Shown piece after piece: positions 1 through 11,745 of a DNA stretch of 36,360 bases. A program made the position numbers and the translations under genes. Positions within the stretch are counted from its first letter, which is position 1. Each line of letters begins with the position of its first letter. The notes below the pieces were generated by a model, which worked only from the letters and a program-made list of their open reading frames with translations, made no database searches and was not told the DNA's origin. Source of the DNA: Intoshia linei. Lineage: Eukaryota; Animalia; Orthonectida. The stretch covers positions 1 through 36,360 of the forward strand of contig LWCA01000255.1 in the NCBI GenBank assembly GCA_001642005.1, read 5' to 3'.

Positions 1-1369
1 TATTCAAAGTATTTTGTTAAAATTTATTTAAAACCGTGACTATATTTTTAATTTATTAGACATAATGTGTGTATAATATTAAAAATAAAATAAAAACAGT
101 CCAATCCTAAAAATTGTCATAAATAGCATAAATTCCAGAAAAAATAAAATTAAGAAACCTATTTTGTCATTTTCAATGTGATGACATATATTCAGTATCA
201 ATTTAATAAATAAATCCTAAAAATTGTCATAAATAGCATAAATTCCAGAAAAAATAAAATTATAAACAATTTTGTCATTTTCAATGTGATGACATATTCA
301 GTACCAATTTAATAAATAAATGTGATTAAAAATACCAATTGTGTATCAATAATTATTTGAATCTTCAACTTTATAAATATTTCAGTCGAATTTTACCATT
401 ATTGCAAAGGATTGTAATATAAAAATGATTAATGTTAAAAATGTGTCCATATTTTTGGCCTTTCTTCTTGTGAATGTTACTTTTCTTTTTGGCATTTTCA
501 AACAATGAGTATAACAATAACATGTTTTAAGTTAAATTAAATTAGTATAAAACTTTTATAAATTCGCTGCCGTAGTTTAATTTAGATGTGTTCAAAATGT
601 TTGGAAAATGAAAATTTGAAATTTAAAAATTGCGAAGAAATGAATTATATAGATTTTCACCCATATCTCTTTATTGGAAATGTGTAGACATACAATGCAC
701 ATTTTCAATTTTTGATTTTAATCGAAATATTTGAAAATTATTGGTTGATAATATATTAAAAATTATTTTTCACCCGGGAATGCGGAGATTTCTGGGGTTG
801 AAATTTTGTATTTATATTAACTGGAATAAGCTCTATCAGATAATTTTTTTTTTAATTTTAGGACTTAATTATTTCACATTTTTTGTTTTAATAAAATATT
901 TTAGAAAAAAAATATATAAACACTAAAATGCTTTTTTGACCGTGAAGTTGTCACTTATTCGGATTGAAATTTTTTACGTGTGTTAACAGTATACAACTGT
1001 AGCACCTGTAAATTTTTTGAAATTCTAGGGCCGTTTTCAAAAAAAAAGGAAGGGGAATTTATGGTTTTGGCCCTGAAGATATATTTTTTGTAAATTTATG
1101 ATAATGTTTATGATTTTAAAATCCGCATCAGCGTATATATTTTTTTAAATTTTCCAACTCGTTTGATTTTTAAAAAGAGGGACAACTGGGGTTTTTGACC
1201 CGTAAGATGTGAAATTGGGAGGTTGAAATATATCTTAATACACGTCCCGAAAAAAACTGTAATTGAAATGCGGTCTTTAAAAAATTCTAAGACGGATAAT
1301 TATTTAAATAAAGCATAACACACAGACACACACAAATAAAAATCGCGTAGCTTTTTATATAAGTTAGGA
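1..1369 (-). mobile_element. Non-autonomous Helitron-like repeat, copy A (runs off the window start)
   Basis: Reverse complement of 31372-32470 and of 19304-19995. The 5' end reads TCCTAACTTATATAAA followed by a (TG)n/TGTT tract, as in Lep1-type Helitrons. Contains an internal 110-bp tandem duplication. Confidence 0.7.
103..320. repeat. Tandem duplication, 2 x ~110 bp
   Basis: aatcctaaaaattgtcataaatagcataaattccag... starts at 103 and again at 213. Confidence 0.9.
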
Positions 1370-1566
1370 CTATATGGAAAGAAATTATGAGATTCACATC
1401 TAATAATTATTGAATGAAATTGACTTTAATTAAAGAGATTCTACTTGTATATAATAAAACATAATTTGTGATAAAGTGATAATTTGATACGTAAATACCT
1501 TTTGAAGTAGTTTTATAAAAATTTGCTACTATTTTTTACGAAATTTTATATTTCAAAACCAATGAC

Positions 1567-2996
1567 CTAAGGACTAGGGTAACACATTGGCATTAACGAA
1601 TTGCATAGTAGTTCAAAAAATTTACCAATTCTTGAATATATAATACATTAAAATATACTTTGATTCAATTGTTGATCCAATCGTATAAAAAGGATTTTGA
1701 ACCACATCAGAATATAGAGAATGTATTAAAGTGAACATCTATTAAAAAATTATTATATAATAGACCAATAGTTCCCATATTTTAAAACGAACGGACCGCC
1801 TTCCGAAAAAATATTTTCGCGGAATTTTTAATTTTTATTATGTAAATGATATAAAGGTATATAGGTGCTGTACAATAAAGTAGGGTGGTGAAGTTATCGC
1901 AAACCAAGAATCAAATTTATATTTTTAATTAAAGAATTGCACTATTTTTGAACAAAATACTATTTTGAAAATAGTATAACTATAATAATATTTTTTTGAG
2001 TTTTTGTTTGTTAAAAATCTATAAAAAAGTTAGAGATAATTTTTTTATAAAAATACTTAGTTCTAGAATGTCAAATGGAAATTTAAATTGTCTATTTATA
2101 CTAAATTGATTAAGTTTTGTTTCTCAGTAATTCCGTTGCGGAGTCCCCCTCATATTTCACGGTCCCCATTTGGGAATCACTGATTTACTACACATTCAAG
2201 TTTTTAAAAAAATCTAGAAAAATACTCGATTGATGGAAACACTCGTATCCTGAATTTGGCTTTGTTGTATTAATAATAAGAAGGTGGTTTTTGTGTTTGT
2301 TATATAAGTGTATCTAAAATTTCATTAATACATTACATATATAACTTTAAACTATAAAGTTTAGATATTATTATATATTTTTTTTCATTCATTATTAAGA
2401 TATTGTCTCAAAAAGTTTATTAACCGTTTCTCTATTTTACTAATTTTTAGAATGATTACACATGCTAACATTGTCTTTGTTATTCATACAATTACAAATT
2501 TTTTTAAAGGATAAAGATCAAGGTTAAACCGTTTTGAAAACCTTTTTTAGATTTTTAAAATATGAAACATTACACTTTGAATTCTTCTGTGGTAGCTATA
2601 CATCCCACGTATAATTGACGTCGTATATTGTTACGATTCGTGGTGTCCAATTCGTTTATTTTAGGGATGTAATCATGAACACTGGGTTCAAAATTTCGAT
2701 GAAATATTTTGTTCCATATAATTTCCCTCTATATATTTTTATTAACAATTAATTATTGACAATAATGACAAAATAATAAATTTAACTTGTTGACTTATAA
2801 GATCTAACTGTATTTAAATTTTGTGTATTTTTAAATATATTTTTATTATGGACTATAATTTTTTCATAAACGCTCAAAATCGTTTCACAAATTAGATTCA
2901 AAAATTATATATAGTATTCTATACTTTTTTGTATTTTAAAAAGTTAACAACCTTTGGATTCAATATATGCAAGCTTAAGACTAAATTTTCAGTCAT
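1567..2996 (-). CDS. TRAPPC2L: Trafficking protein particle complex subunit 2-like (sedlin family), 5 exons, 143 aa
   Basis: Exons 2996-2952, 2728-2574, 2313-2226, 1738-1659, 1630-1567, all GT-AG and phase-consistent (432 nt). RQLYVGCIATTEEFKVYTYITNTK and MFTLIHSLYSDVVQNPFYTIG match TRAPPC2L [24 protein letters not shown] and [21 protein letters not shown]. Confidence 0.88.
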
Positions 2997-4845
2997 TTAA
3001 TATCTTCCTGTAAATTCCACCAGTTGGTATATTTGTTTAGTATGAATAATCACAAATGCTTTGAGATAAATGAGACTATGTCAATTGACTCAATATTGGT
3101 AACAATTTATTTCTTATATTTCAACATATGTTTATTGTAATACGTGTTTATTTAAGATTAGTACATAAATTATTATTAATTAATTGTACCATGTATATTC
3201 AATCATGTAATTTAAATGTACTGATTTATACATACATACAAAATGGATAATTTCTTATTTACATCTAATATTATATTAAGTTACCAACTACACAAATTAG
3301 AGACTTAATATTGTTTAATTTGATTAGTTTTTAAATGTGCATTATATTATATTTATTATTATTTTATTTCTTTGTTTTAGTTTTTATTCGCCTGGAAAAG
3401 TAAAAGTACTTAGCAAAAAACATGAAATAAGTTGATAAGTACCTGTGTGTATTTTATGATAAAATTTTTATCATTTCTATAAAATTGAAAAAAAGGTGAT
3501 CACTGCACTCTTAATAAATATTTAAATAAATTGAGACTTTTAACAATGTCCCTTGATTTTTCCAATAATTAAATTTAAAATTTAATAAACGCCTATTAAT
3601 AAGTAACCCTCCTATTTATATAAATAATATATTGTATTATCCTTGAAATTGCTACAATCATTTATTAAAAATGATTTTGACATCTTACTTGATAAATGAA
3701 ATATATTATGCTCCCATTTTAATACATCATATTTCATCATTGAATATTTTAACTCATTTTTAACTAACTGTTCATGTCATACTTGTTTTATTACTAAAAT
3801 TTGGTTAAATTTCATTGCATTATAAAAAATATCAATAAGGAGATTCTAAAAATGAAAAAAAATTAGCCATCAAATTAATATGCAAATGTATTATTGTGCA
3901 TTTTGTTTATTGTTTTATTCCATCATTTCTCTAAAATCAAAATTATCCAGGATTAAGCATATACAAATCAACAAATTAAATGAATCGGTAATTTCACTAT
4001 ACATTGCTTAAAGCTGAACCTACCCATCTCAAGGCCACCGAAAATGAAAAATAGACTCAAAATAATTTCCCAAACACTGTCCAATGTCATATAACCCCTA
4101 ATTACCTATCCGAGGTTCTTGACTTGATATTTTAAATTAAATACACAAAATAGTTGTCATTCAAGAAAATTTTTTTACCAGTTTGAAAAGATGATGCACT
4201 CATTTTACCAAAATTTAGTCGAGGAACCAAAGCGCGAGTCCCTGTGGCTGCGTAAAGTAGATTTGACAATTTTACGGCACACTACTCATTATGTACTTCT
4301 ATTGCCGACCATCGAACAGCTAACAGTAGTAAAATATAAAATATTATTAATTATAAGCTAAAAAGCAATATTCTGAAATTTTGTTAAACCGTTAAAAAAA
4401 ATTGAACCTCTGTTTTTATTTCTAAACACGAGTATGTAAATTAAATGGTAATTATAATAAATTTACATGTCAGTTTAATCAGCAAAAATCTCATTAATCA
4501 TTTAAAATGAAAAGTTTATTTAAAAATGTAATTTGATAAACCTTGTGTATATTTAAAATGTACATTGTAGAATTTTTGTATATAGTATTAAATTGACATT
4601 TTGATTTGTTTTCAATTTAAATTACTAATTTTTCTTAAACCAGCGGTCTCAAATGGTGGTATTGAGATCCATAAGGGGTAGCAAAAATTATTTTAAAATT
4701 TTAAAATTAAATTAAAATTATTCCATTCAATCGTATATTGTTATTATCTGACCGTGTCGATCGTAAATCGAATAAAAAATAAGAATATAAATTTGATCGC
4801 GAATCGAGTTATATGATGACGTTATGCAACTCATTAAATGACATT

Positions 4846-5013
4846 GCATGTACCGTCGGTATAGCCCTGAAAAACTCAAATTCTGAAACTGAAAAATAGA
4901 TAAAAACACGCTCTGGAAAAACTGTATTAGAAATTGGGTTTTGTTTAAATTCTACAACTGTTTATTTTTTAAATATACGGTCACACAGACATTCAATTTT
5001 ATATAAGTAAAGC
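4846..5013 (-). mobile_element. Short Helitron-like element
   Basis: Reverse complement resembles 28822-28958 (TTTACTTATATAAAATTGAATGTCTGTGTG...AAAACCCAATTTCTAATACAG). Confidence 0.5.
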
Positions 5014-5384
5014 ATTACGATTAAATGTTAAATTTTAAAAGGAAATGCAAAATTTGTCTTCGTCATTTGACTAAAATGTTAAAATTATTTCCTTAAATTT
5101 TTAATTAAAACAACATACAAAAGTACTTAATTTTTTTAATAGAATTATTGGTTCTGAGTAAATTCTTGAAAAAAATTGAGAAACACTGAATATATAAAAT
5201 GTCATACATCTAAAAATATGTCATTTTTTTACATTGAATGATAATTCATTATTATAGAATAACAATTTAAAAAAAATGTGGGAACCACTATCTTAGGCCA
5301 CACTAAACAGTACATTTGTCTATGATAATCACTCATTTCAATCTTCTTGACAAATATAAAATTACTATATACATTTACGTTTAG

Positions 5385-8300
5385 TTTATTCAAGTAGATT
5401 GGTCAAATGTAAGAGAAAACGAAAAGTGCATCAAAAAATATATTTTGATAATAAAGTCAAATAAACGACGACAAAATCACGCAATTTTTGGGAGCAGGGA
5501 CAATGAAACTATTATGGTGAATTTACACGGGATAAAAAATTTTACACTACGTGTTAAATGCCCTAAGACAAAACAAAGATCCAAGAAATTTAAATTTTTT
5601 CAAATAAAGAAAATAAAAGCAAACAAAAACAATAAAAACAATCACAACATGAAAAAGAAGAATTATGTAAATTCTAAAAAGAACCATAATCATCAAGGTA
5701 TAAAATGAAAATATAAATATCATAAGCCTTATAAAAACAGTTAAATTTTAAAAATTGACAAATGACATGATGTATAAACAAAAAAATTAAAATAAATTTA
5801 AAATTGACATGGCGCCTTAAATATTCACCTTTTAATCTTGCATAATCATTATGATAATGTATTTATATAGCATCAAAAAGTCAAATAAATTTAAATGATT
5901 TAAAGTATACTGTTTTATATACATCTGAGATTCTGAGTGGATTTTTTGATATTCTTAAACAATGTAAAATTTAGATTATTTACCACCAAACATTCATAAC
6001 ATATATGCAAATTCGGAATCACCAAGCTCAATTATGTTGTCCTGGAGTAGTCTACATTATGATAATCATTCAAAGCGTCGTCGAAGAAATATCAACGAAA
6101 TTGACGGCTACATTATTGGTTATGGTCAAGGTATAGCAGATGCCTGTTGGCGTTATCTTCCAAAGAACGTAGACAACTATACTATAAACAAATTGAGTAC
6201 AATATTTTAAAACAATTTTTAGCATTAAATTATTATTAGAACCAAATACAAAGTATGTATTATCAATTAGGGCATTTAGAAATGATATAAAAGGAAGAGT
6301 AACATACCTTATCGTTACAACACAAGATTCAAATCTAGGTACATTATGCAATTAAAATAAAGTTTATGGCGATATTATAATATCACAATATTGGCGCTTA
6401 ATTTTTTTAAATCTTAATTTAAATATCATATCGATAGTGCACGATTAGATACTAATATGATAGTTTTTATCAAAAAAAATCCTAGTTATGAATAGGGCGG
6501 TCAAAAGTTCATAACGTTAATAAGTATGGAATTAAAAAAATTATGATACATCAATATCAATATTATGTATATTAATGTAAAGATATTGAGTCAATTAGTT
6601 CAAACAAATATAATTATAGTTAAAGTATAATTTAAGTTTCTTCAATTTTGTTTGTCAATAGAATCGTGTTGCCTGATTGGTTTCCTAGGATTAAGTTTAT
6701 TTACTGGTTCGGCTGTGATATTGGTAATATTATTACTATTAATTATTAATAGTAATAATTTTTTAATTAATTTAATTATATAATTAAAATTTTATAAAGT
6801 TAAAAAAATTACATTTTTATTTCAAAGGTAAACTTCAATTTAGTTTTAATTATTCCAATTGTAATATATTTTTAAAAGAGTGAATGCAGTACAAATTTGT
6901 AACCAAATAAATTAAAATTGCGAAATAGAAGTTTACAGTTATTAAATTGAATTTTATACCCTGTAATTTAAATGTTAATAAAATTTTTTTTATCGGTTAA
7001 TAAATTACATAAATTGTTTTTATTTCATTTAAATGTTAAAAAAATTGCTCTAGTTATGAAATATCATAAAAATATAGATATCATAATCAGTGCCGAACCT
7101 ATCGTACCCGATATCCTCTTCGCAGTCATCTACGTAATTTTTGTAAATAGGACGCATCGTTTTTCCAAATTGAGCATTAAAAAAATTACATTATTGAATA
7201 TCATTATATGGTGTATTAAATTTTAAATTTCACGTAAAAAGTCTTGGATGGATTGCTAAGGACTACATCATATTTCGCCACATTTGATAAAAAAATTTTA
7301 AGGGCCTATTTTTAATTTTCTGGTGGTTTCCAGTTTACTAGGTTCGGCTCTGATCATAATTATAATGATTTTAAAAAAAATGAAAAATAAAAGTAAAATT
7401 GATACATGAATAAATTGTACAATATTGTAGACAACCAACAAAATTTGATAAAACACAAAATTCTCACACCACGAAGTGTGTGGATGAGCTGGCCTCACAA
7501 TATTATAAAAATCGTAAAACCAAAAAAAGGTTATTACAAAAGATGGAGTCGATCGAGTCATAGAATACAACTGGAAAATTTAAAATTGAAAAATAAAAAA
7601 TACAAAATTTCTTATAAAAATTTCAACGGTAAACAAAATTATGCAATTGTTGCTAGAGGAAATAATATTGTACTAAACAATTTGGCGCCATTTACTAAAT
7701 ATATCATTACAATATGCCAGGATCAAAGTGAATTTGTGTATCATGATGTGAATAATTGCATTCAAAATTATACAATAACGACTGATCCAGATTGTATTTT
7801 TATCATGAAATTACACATTTAATTTTAGTGCCCAGTGATTCTCCATCTCATTTAGATGTTAAATTATTACAGAATGGTATTTTGCAAATTTTTTGGAATG
7901 AGTGCATTTTTCCAAATGGACAAGTTTTGAGTAATTTTATTTGATTAATTTAATATGTCGATTGGTGTCATTTTACGAATTTGTAAGATTACAACATAAA
8001 AATTTTGTGATAAATAATAAAAATACAATTTATAAATAATTTCATCTAAAAAACGTTGGATATTGGCATCTCAAACTAGATCAGTGGCTTCCAAACTAAT
8101 TTCGTCTATCGCCCCTTTTTAGTAATATATTTTTTTAATTTATAATTATATTAAATTAAATTATAATTTAAAAATTTAGACTATATAATACATTTCCAAA
8201 AACTAAAGGATAATAAAACAAAATTTACAGAAAACGAAATTTCAAATTTTGACATAATTAGTGTATCTGGGAATGATAATTCGGCAATTATAGCGCCAGT

Positions 8301-8424
8301 TGATTCTAAATCAAATTATACATTTGCAATAGAAATGAAAAATACAGTCGGCTATAGCCCTATATCCAAATTTTATACATTTGATTTATCAAAATATAAC
8401 AATTACACTATACAACATAATTAA
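5385..8424 (+). CDS. DCC/neogenin/frazzled(UNC-40)-like fibronectin type III protein (FN3-FN6 equivalent); 5' end unresolved; ends without a TM helix
   Basis: Phase-consistent GT-AG exons 5385-5697, 5975-6196, 6240-6338, 7431-7793, 7829-7930, 8180-8424. SIMLSW...IDGYIIGYGQGIAD...LKPNTKYVLSIRAF matches DCC FN4 (IIMSW...VRGYIIGYGVGSP...SHYVISLKAF). PSDSPSHL...W...PNGQVLNYII...YTFAIEMKNTVGYSPIS matches FN6. TAA at 8422-8424 is followed by AATAAA. Confidence 0.75.
7088..7352. mobile_element. hAT-type MITE, 265 bp, in an intron of the FN gene
   Basis: TIRs CAGTGCCGAACCTA / TAGGTTCGGCTCTG and perfect 8-bp TSD ATCATAAT (7080-7087, 7353-7360). Confidence 0.85.
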
Positions 8425-8574
8425 AAAAAGTTATTAATAAATTCTGTATCTGGCAAAAAACTTTTTCATTGCATGTATAAGGTTGTCAAACTTCATTTAA
8501 TTTATTTACAATTTGTTAAATCAATAGACGACCTCTATTAGAGGTCAAGAGATTATTTTATAATTGCATCACAA

Positions 8575-8816
8575 TAGAGCCGAACCCACGGTACTCGAGG
8601 ACCCGAAAGTCAAAAATAGACCATTAACAATTTTTTCGCAGACGATGAATAATGCCATATTCTCTCTAGTCTCGAATTACAGTTTAAATTTGATACAAAA
8701 TAGTTGATATTAAAAAATATAATTTTAAATGTTAATTTGGAAAAATGAGAACAATATTTTACTAAAATTTTACCGAAGCCCGAAGAAATGTATTGGGTGA
8801 GATAGGTTCGACTTTG
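8575..8816. mobile_element. Degenerate MITE related to 7088-7352
   Basis: Ends TAGAGCCGAACC / GGTTCGACTTTG; no clean TSD. Confidence 0.5.
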
Positions 8817-9192
8817 CGTAACATTTTATCATTTTACGGTCAGGTTCACATATATCACTCTTCAATCATTGTCAAAATATCTAGGGGTTATTAGTCCAGA
8901 AAAATTAAAATTGTTGTTATATATATATGTTAATAAGCATGTCTTATATTCGCTCTTGAGTCAAGATCTGATATTATAAATTTTATTAATGGATTAAAAA
9001 GTGCTTCTATTGAATCTTTGTCAAGTTTTATTTTTTTAAATAACGTATTAATTTATCTGAGTACATTTAAGGTATGTCTGTAATTTAGGGCATGTTGAAT
9101 ACTATTTTATGGCATGATTCAAAATTTAAATTATTAAAAAAATAAAAACTTCCATCTCAACTAAGCAAGTTCAAATATAAACTTTATTAAAA

Positions 9193-11681
9193 ATGACAAG
9201 TTGGAGGCTAGCTGGAATCAAGTAATTTTATTAATTAATGACTAATTTATCAGTATTAATTTCAAGATAAAATTATACATTAAAATATAATATTATTGAG
9301 GTCAAATAAATATTATTTAAATGATGTTTATTTGGGTTTTTAACCTTTCATTGAATATGCCAAAGGCTCCTCTCATTTCTTGATATTTAACATTATGCGT
9401 GTGCTAACATTTCTATATTTTCCAACTACTGCATATGAAGTATACATACCGTACCAATTTGTTATGAAGATATAAAAAAATATTAAAAATATAATAAAAA
9501 GTAAAGTAAATTTTTTGATTTTTTTGGAGAATATACTTGAAAAATATGCGCAGGTACAGGGTGTACCGTTTAGAACAGTGCACTTGTTAAAACATTTCAT
9601 ATTATGAGTGCACTGACAAAATAAAGAACAAATCAACTGTATAAAAACAAGTTCATATTAATTTTTTTAAATGTTAACCACGATGAAAGAATAATTCTTG
9701 TCGAGCTATTAATCGAGTTTAAAACATGTCATACTTCATTAATATCCATGAATTGGTTAAATCAAAAATTCGACGAAAAAATAATATCAAAAAGTATATG
9801 GTCATCAAAGTCTCCTGATCTAACGCCATGTGATTTTTATTTGTGGGGTAAAATAAAATCTAAAATTTATAAAAATTCCTCTTCAAATATAGAATCTGTA
9901 AAAACCAATATCATTAACAGTATTAACTCAATTAGCAATCAAGAATTATCTAATGTTTTCAACAATTTCATTAACCGCTTTGAACATTTCTTTTAAATTA
10001 AATAATTTTAAGTTTCTAACTTTTACTTTAGATAAATATTCAAATAATTTTATTATTGAGAAATTTAATTGTTACAGTCAAAATGTTTTTTGATAAATTT
10101 CTTATTTTCAACTGCACTGTTTTAAATGGTACACACTGTATTAAAAATGAAAAAAATAATAATATGAACAATTAATTATAATCTAAATCAGTGGTTCTCA
10201 ACCCGTGTTCCGCGAAATTTAATTGGAGTTCCGTGAAATATAAATGCGATATTTTTTAATTTAAAGTTTTTCTAAATTACTGTTGTATGCAATGAAAAAA
10301 CATCATTTCTCAAATTTAAATCAAATAAGTTTTAATAAAAGTATTATACGTTGTGAGTATGGGAACCTGAAAAATGATGTTAAAAAGTAATAATAATTCA
10401 GATTATCTTTATGAAAAATATTGTAAAGAAGGTGGGTTTTTACTGCCCCAACTATCTTGAAATAATATTAATAAGTTACTTACCTCTTTATAATAATATT
10501 TAACTAAAAAGTTATCTCTCACGGGCCTGGATGCTTAAATGTCTCATTGAGAAGGAAAAATAAATTTCTTTATTAAAAAATTTATGTTTTTAATATTAGA
10601 AGCGTAATTTTTTAATTAAAAATCAAATTGTTTTATATATGCGACATGCGAAAAAAATTTTTGATCGTGCTTTTAGGTGCAGGATTTTTTGAAATTTCAT
10701 AAGGGTTCCGCGCAGTAAAAAAGGTTAAGAAACACTGATCTAAATAATAGAAATACTAAGTATACCAAAATATTATGAAAATGTAATGAATATTGCCTTT
10801 TTAGGGATTTTTTTTACAGATGCAATAGAGTTTAAATCCTATAGCGACTCGTTTTAGACACATTTATTACATTACAAGACGAAAATATGCTAGAACTCGG
10901 TGTTATTGATACGATCTTTTTAATTCGAGATAATTCTCTTGGTGACACTACCTTTTTCGGTCGTATTTGGATATTTCGTTTTGCTTTGATGAGGCATCCA
11001 GCCATTTTTTAATAGTCCCGTGATCCTGGTCTCTAGACATCGATAAATTTGAAGAGTACTATTTCCTTTTGCTAGTAAACCGGAATTTTCATTTTTTTTC
11101 GTTCACGCTTAGTCGCTTTTTAGTCCCATTTACGATTTTCTTAATAAATTGGTACACTTTAAATTTAAAAAAAACGCAATATGTAAATAGAAAGTTTTTT
11201 GGTAACTTAAATACAATATGTAATTGTCATTATAAATTGTATCAATTAAAGGTCACTTCATTACACAAAAATAATATGAGTTTTAAACATTTTTAAAGTC
11301 TAATGCACAAATTTTAATGATTTTCATAACAAATTGGTAATGTGCTTAATGATATGTTACACACATAATGTTAAAAAAATTGAAGTCGGTAGTTTTTGTT
11401 AAAAATATTTTCAAATTTCCCCATTTCATCGAGACCCTTCGTCGGCTGGGTGCATTTATTTAATTGCCGATAGAAGAATTGAGATACAGATTTATTACTT
11501 TATTTATAAATATATTTACTTTGTAATGTAATTTCTCATGATTAGTTATATTCAATATTCAAAAGCATGTTCCGAAGTTTTGAGAAAAGTTTTAAATAAG
11601 GAAATGGCTGCCAAAGCTAAAAAGAACACAAAAAGTACAGTTGAAGCTATTAAATGGGAGGACGGGAAAGCCATGAAATGA
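9193..11681 (+). CDS. ATP5F1E: Mitochondrial ATP synthase F1 subunit epsilon, 2 exons, 54 aa
   Basis: Exons 9193-9221 and 11546-11681 give MTSWRLAGINYIQYSKACSEVLRKVLNKEMAAKAKKNTKSTVEAIKWEDGKAMK. This matches the WRxAGxxYIxYSxxC...R.xL signature; the single intron is phase 2. Confidence 0.92.
9557..10138 (+). mobile_element. Internally deleted Tc1/mariner-superfamily element
   Basis: TA-flanked TIRs CAGGGTGTACCGTTTAGAACAGTGCA / TGCACTGTTTTAAATGGTACACACTG. ORF 9748-9996 contains WSSKSPDLTPCDFYLWGKIKSKIY, a transposase C-terminal motif. Confidence 0.9.
10189..10737. mobile_element. hAT (Buster-type) MITE, 549 bp
   Basis: TIRs CAGTGGTTCTCAACC / GGTTAAGAAACACTG and perfect TSD ATCTAAAT (10181-10188, 10738-10745). 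Confidence 0.9.
10800..11130 (-). mobile_element. Frameshifted Tc1 transposase N-terminal (HTH) remnant
   Basis: Fragments MG.K-KRLSVNEK, GLLAKGNSTLQI, DHGTIKKW and VSPRELSRIKKIV...VSKTSRYRI resemble Tc1-family paired HTH regions. Confidence 0.6.
11423..11491 (+). ncRNA. Candidate intronic H/ACA snoRNA hairpin (SNORA67-like target)
   Basis: Lower stem ATTTCA/TGAGAT directly followed by ACA (11486-11488); upper stem GTCGGC/GCCGAT. Pocket strands CCTTC and AGAAG pair with 18S CUUCU-UA-GAGGG, with 14-nt spacing to ACA. Confidence 0.6.
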
Positions 11682-11745
11682 AACCTTTAAATTAAATAAA
11701 AATTTAATTAACACAATGAATGTTTAATATACACTTCGTTACAAA

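Noticed and set aside
741-926. Short I/F/K/N-rich ORFs in the track (741-926, 6972-7226, 9373-9636, 17008-17202, 21599-21784, 32105-32293, 34089-34271)
   Set aside because: They lie in repeats or AT-rich introns and have compositions expected by chance, with no motifs.
4180-4320. Minus-strand VRWSAIEVHNE peptide resembling the transferrin N-terminus
   Set aside because: An in-frame TAG follows and there is no further similarity.
6070-6351. Antisense or alternative-frame ORFs over real exons (6070-6351, 7298-7570, 15140-15346, 23134-23343, 33001-33270, 33039-33242, 35635-35844, 35762-35944)
   Set aside because: They are shadows of the spliced genes on the other strand or frame.
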